Assembly (NCBI RefSeq): GCF_009914755.1
Contig: NC_060927.1
Direction: 5' to 3' (one strand)
Length of the DNA: 64,000 bases
DNA from: the human T2T-CHM13v2.0 reference genome, Homo sapiens
Part shown: piece by piece, positions 52,125-64,000 of the stretch
Numbering within the stretch: the stretch's first letter is position 1
How the letters are laid out: each line of letters opens with the position of its first letter
Translations under genes and position numbers: made by a program
Notes under the pieces: model-generated
Told to the model about the DNA's origin: nothing
Seen by the model: the letters and a program-made list of their open reading frames with translations, nothing else
Database searches by the model: none

Positions 52125-52330
52125 TTTCAATTCAAGCAATATTTATTTAGTGGATGTCTGTCAAGATACATAAGCATGATTATTCTTAAAATCTGTAATT
52201 CATAATCTGGCTGGGGAGATGAAGACTACAAGTACTAAATAATTAAGGAACATTAGAAGACTATATAATATTCTCAAGTATTAATTGATATGATGAACTA
52301 TGCAATGCTATAGTAGGTCCATACTGGAAT
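52125..52330 (-). mobile_element. L2 3' end fragment
   Basis: TTCAATTCAAGCAATATTTATTTAGTG..CATAATCTGGCTGGGGAGAT. Confidence 0.55.
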
Positions 52331-52419
52331 GCATCATTATTATCTGGAAATATTAATTTAATGAATAAATTGAAATGAGACAAGTTCTTATACTCAATCC
52401 ACCTACCTAAATTTTGATC

Positions 52420-52570
52420 CCTACCATATCCTTGTGGAAAGCATACTCATCCTTGGATTGACTAATTCCAATGTGTGTCAGGAACTCACAAACCACTGGG
52501 ATCCAGCTGAGAAGATTCTTATATGAGTCAAAATCTGTTTCCCTATGGTTTTCAGCCAAATGTCCAAACA
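52420..52570 (-). mobile_element. CR1/L3 fragment
   Basis: AGATTCTTATATGAGTCAAAATCTGTTTCCCT resembles L3 AAGTTCTTCCTTATATTGAGCCGAAATCTGCCTCCCT. Confidence 0.4.
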
Positions 52571-53169
52571 TAACATTTCAGAACTGATCTATGCAATATG
52601 GTAGGTAGCGTAACATGATGTCAGAGATGAAACTACTGTATTTCATTTAACAGATTAGTAAACTGAAGATAAAAGGAAATTGAATGTCTTAAAAGTTTCC
52701 TAGTTGATTTTTTGGCTGTATAATGACGGTAACACATTTCTTCTGAATCCTACTATAGCCCCACTGAAAAGTCTTCATGAAGAGATTTATCTTAAAAAAA
52801 TGTTTCTGCCACCAAAATTTGAAAAAATAATAACCATTAGACTTCATGACGTAAAGGGAAGGCCAGAGAACACAGCCAAAGCCCTAATATTAAAATTATT
52901 TCATGGTGAAATATTATTGCTAGGACTCTTATCAACATACAAAATGTCAGGCACATGAAGACTTGCCTAACATAAATATTCAACAAGTTTTAAACTATAC
53001 TAATATTTTGAATTAGAGAACTAATTCTTCTTTCCTATAGGCATCGTAAATGAGTTACATAGTGAAAACATCCAATAATTTTTAAAAGCCAAAGGGTTAA
53101 AATTGGAAAGGAAAAAGACAATTATTTTCTACGTAATTTGTGAGTCTGATTTTGATTTTCTTCCACATT

Positions 53170-53766
53170 GATTATGTTTGCTTGTTTATTTTCTTATATT
53201 TCTTCTATATTGACTATATTTCCTATATTGTATTCTTCATGTTCTGGCATTTAGGTCCTTAATCCTGTAGAGACTGCCTCTCCTCAGGCTAGCTTATTCA
53301 TAGAGATGAAAAATTACTCCTCTTTGAGTATGCATTTGATAGGCACACCAACCAATCCAGAGCCCACACACCCAACCATCTCCTTTATCAAATTCTCTCA
53401 CACCAAGCCAATATTCTCTCTGCCCTAAATCGCCCCAGGATAAAGTACTGGATAGTAGGTTCCACCCCTATAGCCCAGAGCCTGTTAAAATCTTTCAGAC
53501 TAGCCTGTACTAAGCTTTACTCAGTGCACTTACCCTGCCTTACCCATTTCTTCCCATAAAAACCCCAATAAAACCTCAGGCCTCTCCCTCTCCCTCTCCT
53601 GCCTTCTAACCGACGCTGTTGCTTCCCCATGCAGCCCTGCATAGAATGGTGTGTTTTCTTTTTCTAGAGATCTGTGAGTATAATCTTTTTCCTTTATGAC
53701 AATTATTTCCATGTCTACTGTCTTACCATACTGAATTAAAACACATCCCAGCTACATTGTAGAACA
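53170..53766 (+). mobile_element. MER73/MER74-like ERVL solo LTR
   Basis: GACTGCCTCTCCTCAGGCTAGC..ACCAACCAATCCAGAGCCCACAC..CCCCTATAGCCCAGAGCC..CAATAAAA. Confidence 0.75.
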
Positions 53767-54719
53767 CTTCTCCAACCTTTGAGATTTGGAATAAAAAATG
53801 GTAAAACTATAGTACTCAAAAATGGTACATATTGGTCTGAAAAGATATTTGTCTGGCTTAAGATTAAGAACTCCCAAACACATTTTTTAAAAATCTATTT
53901 CGTTCTTAAGGACCTCTAGGAAAGAAATTGTTCAAACTCCTTTCAATATGTTTTGAGTTTATTGACCTCTTTCTCAAGCAATTTGTCTTTACAGTTAACC
54001 TAAATCCCCCAGTTTTCTATTTAAAGTCTATGTGATGAGTTTTATTGCCTCCCTCAAGGCCAAAAAAAGTTAGCTTTCACCATGAGTTATATGATGGAAA
54101 AGAGAAAAAAAGTCCAGTTCTTCCTCCTCTCTTTTGCTCTCCTGAGTAGCTAGTTTGAGGCTTGTGTTTTACAGAGATCAAGTTCCTAAATGCTAGTTAA
54201 AAACAAAAATCCAGCTACTCTTTCAAACAAATCACTTTAGAGGCCTCGGCATTAATTACGTCATGGCCAGCATGGTCAATGTGTGCATTCTACCCTAAAT
54301 GCAGGAAAAGGAAAGCTGTTCTCTAACCCACACACCCTCAACACATCAGAGGCACATCAGTAGAATCTTCACACACATTTTTACTTATCTAATGTAGATG
54401 TAGATACAACATAATTCATGTTAAAGGTTAAGAGAGAGAAAAAATAACCTCTATGCAGAATATGACAGATTTTTTTCTGACCTAGTAAAATCTTTTGATG
54501 CATAAAATGTGTTTTGACCACCCACTTGATATTTAGTATTTTACATTTACATTTTGACAATTTTAATTTTATATACATGTTAAATAAAGGAAACCATTTA
54601 AGTTACTTGTAGTTATTTAATTTTTATACTAAAATGTGATTTAGATATATTTAGGACATACTGTAGAATTTTGTATAAGCTGACAGCCTCCTGAAAATGC
54701 ATTTAAAATAACTGATAAT

Positions 54720-54965
54720 ACTAAAGCCAAGCTATGGACCCCATCCTCACAGAGTTTCTAAGTCAGAAAGTCATATGGCAGAAGATATGCAGGGGACTGT
54801 AAGAGCACACAGTGATGGCATGCAACCCAATCTAGGAGGGGCAGGGAAGACTTTGTTAAGAAATGGCAGTAAAGTTGAGGTCTAAAGGTTGAGTAGCCAT
54901 TGATCTGGGGATGGGTAAGTAAAGAAAAATCTTCCAGTCATGGGAAAAGTTCCAAAAGCAAGAGA
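54720..54965 (-). mobile_element. L2 fragment
   Basis: CCCCATCCTCACAGAG..AACCCAATCTAGGAGGG..AAGTTGAGGTCTAAAGG antisense L2 pattern. Confidence 0.55.
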
Positions 54966-54970
54966 GAATG

Positions 54971-55412
54971 TGTGGTAGATGATTGCACTCATAGTCCCAA
55001 TTATTCAGGCTTTGCTGTAGCCACAGCCTTTGATAGTTATACTGACCATGAACTTGGTCATGTGACTTGCTTTGGCCATTGGGATAGTAACAAACTTGGT
55101 GTAAGCAAAGAAGTATATTTGCATTCGTGGTTCCTATCTTGAATCCTGTAATCATGATAACATGGCCAAGCCATCCTACTGAAGGATGAGATCCTGGAGC
55201 TAGCCAAGGACATCCTAAATGAGCCAATACTATAAAAACCACCAGTTTTGTGAGTAAATCCCAACCAAGACCAGAACTCCCACCCCGGCTAATACTGACA
55301 AGCGAAATTACCCAATTGTACAGGAGAAATAAAAAAATGGTTGTTTCATAAACCACTAGGTTTTTGGGTTTTTTATTATGTAAATGATTGAGGCAATAGG
55401 TAAACAATAGAG
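54971..55412 (+). mobile_element. MLT1H-like MaLR solo LTR
   Basis: TGTGGTAGA start, CTTGGTCATGTGACTTGCTTTGGCCA, AATAAA..TGGTTGTT..AACCACTAGGTTTT..GCAATAGGTAA end. Confidence 0.8.
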
Positions 55413-56109
55413 AAGATAACACACTGACAGGCAAAAAATAAATGCATTTCACTATTTCAGCATGTTTTATTAAATTTCTGCAGAGGCTGAATCTTCTTTT
55501 GAATAGATCCTTCCTATTTCTTTAAACCTAGGTATTCTTCAAGAGTCTCGCTGAAGCAAATTGAATACATACAGCTATGGCTTCACACTATACCATGGCT
55601 TCACACTATAAATTTATTATCTTCCTCTGCCTTTACTCTCATGTATGTGACCTGTTGGAACTACTTTTTATGGCTTTTTGACCCTCCTGCCTTTGCTAAG
55701 CTTGAACCTCTTCTATGCTCCCTTGATTTTGCCTTCTATATTTTCCAGCAAGGAACACACCTACTGCCTACTGTCTAGTTTCCACAAAGTCCATTTAACC
55801 ATGCTTTCAGGCTCTCAACTTAACCTTTGAGGTACTGTCTGCTGCCAGTCAAGGGGACTGTGTAGTATGTAGATGGGGATTCCCTATATATTAAGGATAT
55901 TGATTTTTACTTTTGGCAAATATTTTTCTCAATCATTTTAAATCATATTTTAATTTGGTTTATACTTATGCCAATGTCAGGAAAAAATTTATAGTTCAGT
56001 CAATTTTCTTATAGTATATTTTCTAAGTTTTTAAGGTTAGAAAACCCTATGCTAATAGGCAATATTTACTCTTCAGAGAAAAGTTAATTCCTAGATAGTA
56101 ATATAACTT

Positions 56110-56570
56110 TTGGCCCAATAATAGCACTGCTAGTGATTTAATGATTGTACATATTAGATAAAATAATCTGGAAACAACTTAATATCCATTTATAGCTTAA
56201 TATTTAAATAAATTGGGCTGTATGTAGCTAAAATCTGCTAGCACCTAATAAAACTGCATGTACAAACGTTTGCAATTATGGAAATAGCACTATGACATTA
56301 GAAGTATAGAAAGCACATATTCTATAAACTCATGCATCAAAAATTACATAAATATGTAATTTCTATTTATGTAATATATAACTACAATTTATACATATGG
56401 TTTAATAATGCATATATTTTTCAGTGAGGCCCCCAGAAAAAATACTACTGAAAGCAGGAGTTACATTTGGGGAAATAGAATTGACAGGGATAGAAATGGG
56501 AAAGAGAGGGTTACATTTTATATTTCCTTTTGAAGATTAAATTTTTTACTATCTATATATAAAATGTTTA
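56110..56570 (+). mobile_element. L1ME-like 3' end
   Basis: TCTGGAAACAACTTAATATCCAT..TTAAATAAATTG and later GTTACATTTGGGGAA. Confidence 0.5.
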
Positions 56571-57439
56571 TTTTTAATTAGATTTTTTAAAGTATTTTTA
56601 TTGTACAAACACTTTATATCTGTTATCTTCCCAGGCTTTTTGAATGGTTTAATTTCTTTTTTCAATCTAAAGTTTGTCTTACATTCATGTTTATAAAGCA
56701 GAAACTAAAATGTCACATCACAATGTACCATGACTTGACAAAACATGTCATTTTAAAACGTGTTTAGTAAGATGACATAATTTCAGTAATTTTGATAATA
56801 TAGAAACCAATAACTTTTGCACAGGTTAGCTTATGCCCCCATATTGCCACTTATCCTCAGATAAATAAAAAATGAAGTCAAAGTCTACAGATTTCTAACC
56901 TTGCTTCCCTTATTGGGCTTGCTAACCTGAAGTGTCCTGTACTGTATCTGATTTGGGAAATTCTGTCCATTAGACTCTTCCACACACATACACATGCACA
57001 CACACTCCATATACCCCCAAAAGCAAAGTAATTATCAGTTTGCAAGACAAGCGCTTTTTTTGAAAATGGTCTAGAGAGGCTGCACTATTCTGTAAAAGAA
57101 GAATAAAACATTAGTTCTGGGTGCTAATCATGACAATTTCTGACCTCTTCCTGATTCTTAAGTGCCTGATTTTACCTCAATTCCCCAAAACCCACAACAT
57201 AGCTCTGTAGCATAGCCATTAAGCTGAGGAACGGCTTATCTGATTCCATATAGAACTCAACCTCTATTTGCTGAGACTAAATTACTTTTCTGATATCCTC
57301 CACCTGGTGGCCAACCCTGTACCAAAGCTATCATGGAGACCTACCTAGCCTCACAAACGAGCTGCTTCCAATTCTGTTCCCTAGCACTCTGTTCATTCCT
57401 GTTAATTTATCTTTGTAGTTAACACAAGGGTTTGCAAGA

Positions 57440-57625
57440 AAACCCAATGGTTAAAAGAATGGGCATTGAAGCTGTAGTCACTGGGTTCGATTTTTTACTA
57501 TCATTTACTCTTTTGATCAATTTACCAAATTTCCCTACAGTCACATTTTCTTTATTATTAAAACAGTATTTAAATATCTAATACCTGATTTCTGAAGGAA
57601 TTAAATGAGGTAACGTATGTAAGAG
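57440..57625 (+). mobile_element. MIR SINE
   Basis: AATGGTTAAAAGAATGGGC..CTGGGTTCGA..GAAGGAATTAAATGAGGTAACGTATGTAA. Confidence 0.75.
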
Positions 57626-57917
57626 TTATTTAGAATCTTGTTCCCCTCTGACTCCACTCAGTGAATATTGACATTTGCCTGAGTTGAATTTCACACAAAC
57701 CATCTGGAGCTGGAACTTGACATTTGAATATGGAGGATGAAGAAGTGTAGACAAGGAGTCATGTATGCCCAAACCCCAATTACTTTCCTCAGTCAAAAAT
57801 ATGCCCACAGTGGCAGCTTACAGATTTTTATCAACCTGCACATCCATACTTTCCAAAGAGAATTTTGCTGTTTGCTCTTAGTTTAAAAGAGTCAATAATA
57901 AAAATAATAAATATAAA

Positions 57918-59213
57918 ATACTCTCACCACTCTTATTCAACGTGGTCTGGAAGTCCTAGCCAAAGCAATGAGGCAAGAGAAAGAAATAAAGGTCATGTAT
58001 ATTAGATAAGAGGAAGTAAAATTGTCCTTCTTTGCAGATGACATGATCTTATATATAGAAAAACCTAAAGACGACTTACCAAGAAAAAAACCTATTAGAT
58101 ATACTAAAGGAATTCATTAAAGTTGCAGAATTTAAAATTGACTTTTTAAAAAAATTAACATACAAAACCCAGTAGTGTTTCTTGACCCCAATCACAAACT
58201 AGCTGAAAAAAATACAAAAGCAATCTTCTTTACAGCAGCTAAAGTCCACAAATATCAAAGAATAAATTTAACCAAGGAGGTAAAAGATCTCTACAATAAA
58301 AACTACAAAACACCAATTAAAGAAACTGAAGAGGACACAAAAAGATGTGAAAAGACTGCATATTCATGTATTGAAAGAATTGATATTGTTCATATATGCA
58401 TACTACTTACTCCAAGTAATCTTCAGATTCAATGTAATCCCTATCAAAATTCCAATGCTATTTTTCATAGAAATAGAAAAAGCAATTCGAAAATTTGTAT
58501 GGAAGCACAAAAGACACATAATAGTTAAAGCAAAGACAACAAACCTGGAGAAATCACACTACCTGACTTAAAAATATACTACAAAGCTTTAATAACCAAA
58601 ACATCATGATACTAGCATAAAAATGTACACATAATCCAATGGAACAGAATAGAGAACCCAGAAATCTACAATTTACAGCCAACTGATTTTCTATAGAGTT
58701 CCCAAGAACATTAGAGAAAGAATCACCACTTCAATAAATGGAGTTGGGAAAACTGAATATCTATATGCAGAAGAAAGAAACGAGACCCTTGCATCTCACC
58801 ATGCACACAAATCAACTCAAATCGATTAAAGACTTAAATGTAAGGCCCAAAACTATAAAACTACTAAAAGAAAACCCAGGAGAAATACTTGAAGACATTG
58901 GGCAAGTATTTAATGGGTAAGATTCCCAAAACACAGGCAACAAAAACAAAAATAGATTGGGTTTACATCAAACCAAAAAGTTTTGGCACAAGAAATAAGA
59001 CAATCAACAGATATAAAGAGGCAATCTGTAGAACGGAAGAAAATATTTGCAAACTATTCATTTGAAAAGGGATTAATATCCAAAGTGTACAAGGCGCTCA
59101 AACAACTGAACAGCAGTAAAACAATCTGATTTTAAAAATGGGCAAATGAGCTAAATAGCTATTTCCCAAAGGAAGAAACACAACTGGACAACAAGTATAT
59201 TTGAGAAATGCTT
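57918..59213 (+). mobile_element. L1MA/L1PB-like ORF2 fragment, interrupted by the younger L1PA
   Basis: CTCTCACCACTCTTATTCAAC..TTTGCAGATGACATGATC (FADDMI); ORF fragments 58175-58920; breaks at GAGAAATGCTT. Confidence 0.88.
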
Positions 59214-60243
59214 GGTGGGGCAGCCAAGATGGCCGAATAGGAACAGCTCCAGTCTACAGCTCCCAGCATGAGCGATGCAGAAGATGGGTGATTTCTGAAT
59301 TTCCATCTGAGGTACCAGGTTCATCTCACTAGGGAGTGCCAGACAGTGGGCACAGGACAGTGGGTGCAGTGCACCATGTGCGAGCCGAATCAGAGTGAGG
59401 CAATGCCTCAGTCTGCAAGGGGTCAGGGAGTTCCGATTCCTAGTCAAAGAAAGGGGTGACAGACGGCACCTGGAAAATCAGGTCACTCCCACCTTAATAC
59501 TGCGCTTTTCCGATGGGCTTAAAAAAAGGCGCACCACGAGATTATATCCCGCACCTGGCTCGGAGGGTCCTATGCCCACGGAGTCTCACTGATTGCTAGC
59601 AGAGCAGTCTGAGATCAAACTGCAAGGCAGCAGTGAGGCTGGGGGAGGGGCGCCCACCATTGCCCAGGCTTGCTTAGGTAAACAAAGCAGCCTGGAAGCT
59701 CGAACTGGGTGGAGCCCACCACAGCTCAAGGAGGCCTGCCAGCCTCTGTAGGCTCCACCTCTGGGGGCAGGGCACAGACAAACAAAAAGACAGCAGTAAC
59801 CTCTGCAGACTTAAATGTCCCTGTCTGACAGCTTTGAAGAGAGTAGTGGTTCTCATAGCACACAGCTGGAGATCTGAGAACGGGCAGACTGCCTCCTCAA
59901 GTGGGTCCCTGACCCCTGACCCATGAGCAGCCTAACTGGGAGGCACCCCCCAGTAGGGGCAGACTGACACCTCACACGGCCGCATACTCCTCGGAAACAA
60001 AACTTCCAGAGGAATGATCAGAGAGCAGCATTCCTGGTTCATGAAAATCCGCCGTTCTGCAGCCACCACTGCTGATACCCAGGCAAACAGGGTCTGGAGC
60101 GGACCTCTAGCAAACTCCAACAGACCTGCAGCTGAGGGTCCTGTCTGTTAGAAGGAAAACTAACAAACAGAAAGGACATCCACACCAAAAACCCATCTGT
60201 ACATCACCACCATCAAAGACCAAAAGTAGATAAAATCACAAAG
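59214..60243 (+). promoter_or_regulatory. L1 5'UTR internal sense and antisense promoter
   Basis: YY1 motif CAAGATGGCC at 59225-59234, SOX-type AAACAAA sites (~59679, ~59780); CpGs partly decayed. Activity inferred from family knowledge only. Confidence 0.7.
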
Positions 60244-61260
60244 ATGGGGAAAAAACCGAGCAGAAAAACTGGAAACTCTAAAAAGCAGAGCGCCTCCCCT
60301 CCTCCAAAGGAATGCAGTTCCTCACCAGCAACAGAACAAAGCTGGACGGAGAATGACTTTGACGAGTTAAGAGAAGAAGGCTTCAGACAATCAAACTACT
60401 CTGAGCTACAGGAGGAAATTCAAACCAAAGGCAAAGAATTTAAAAACTTTGAAAAAAATTTAGAAGAATGTATAACTAGAATAACCAATACAGAGAAGTG
60501 CTTAAAGGAGCTGATGGAGCTGAAAGCCAAGGCTTGAGAACTACGTGAAGAATGCAGAAGCCTCAGGAGCCGATGCGATCAACTGGAAGAAAGGGTATCA
60601 GTGATGGAAGATGAAATGAATGAAATGAAGTGAGAAGGGACGTTTAGAGAACAAAGAACAAAAAGAAACACACAAAGTCTCCAAGAAATATGGGACTATG
60701 TGAAAAGACCAAATCTACGTCTGATTGGTGTACCTGAAAGTGACAGGGAGAATGGAAACAAGTTGGAAAACATTCTGCAGGATATTATCCAGGAGAATTT
60801 CCCCAATCTAGCAAGGCAGGCCAACATTCAGATTCAGGAAATAGAGAGAATGCCACAAAGATACTCCTTGAGAAGAGCAACTCCAAGACACATAATTGTC
60901 AGATTCACCAAAGTTGAAATGAAGGAAAAAATGTTAAGGGCAGCCAGAGAGAAAGGTCAGGTTACTCACAAAGGGAAGCCCATCAGACTACCAGCGGATC
61001 TCTCGGCAGAAACTCTACAAGCCAGAAGAGAGTGGGGGCCAATATTCAACATTCTTAAAGAAAAGAATTTTCAACCCAGGATTTCATATCCAGCCAAACT
61101 AAGCTTCATAAGTGAAGGAGAAATAAAATATTTTACAGACAAGCAAATGCTGAGAGATTTTGTCACCACCAGCTCTGCCCTAAAAGAGCTCCTGAAGGAA
61201 ACACTAAACATGGAAAGGAACAACCAGTACCAGCCACTGCAAAATCATGCCAAATTGTAA
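60244..61260 (+). pseudogene. L1 ORF1 with premature stops
   Basis: MGKKPSRKTGNSKKQSASPPPK..; TGA at 60535-60537 and 60631-60633 (consensus CGA); normal end ..QNHAKL*. Confidence 0.96.
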
Positions 61261-61323
61261 AGACCATCAAGGCTAGGAAGAAATTGCATCAACTAACGAG
61301 CAAAATAACGAGCTAACATCATA

Positions 61324-64000
<2,677 letters not shown>

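Noticed and set aside
54856-55452. 198-aa hydrophobic ORF resembling a membrane protein
   Set aside because: Antisense reading through an MLT1H-like LTR and adjacent L2 sequence; no ATG start and no recognisable domain.

Overview
AT-rich, CpG-depleted primate (human or great-ape-like) nuclear DNA from a gene-poor, L1-rich region. No host protein-coding exon, RNA gene, CRISPR array or prokaryotic system is recognisable. Every ORF with real protein similarity is a LINE-1 ORF1/ORF2 fragment or a hAT transposase remnant. Major elements: a full-length dead L1PA7-like element (15445-21455, minus), a 5'-intact dead L1PA3/4-like element (59214 to window end, plus), three Alus, a 1.8-kb MER52 solo LTR, about ten older ERV/MaLR LTRs, hAT and Tigger/mariner DNA transposon fossils (Charlie1a, Arthur1, MER5, MER6, MER2, MER53, MADE1), old L1M/L2/CR1/MIR fragments and microsatellites, often nested. 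I cannot support a new biological system. The best second-look items are an open ORF0-position frame in the L1PA7 5'UTR pointing into a 38-kb interval with plus-strand candidate exons, a G-quadruplex tract replaced by filler in an L1 3'UTR, the retained ZNF93 segment, two miRNA-family MITE hairpins and a perfect 33-bp duplication. Subfamily names come from recalled consensus sequences and need RepeatMasker/Dfam confirmation; boundaries of old elements are approximate.
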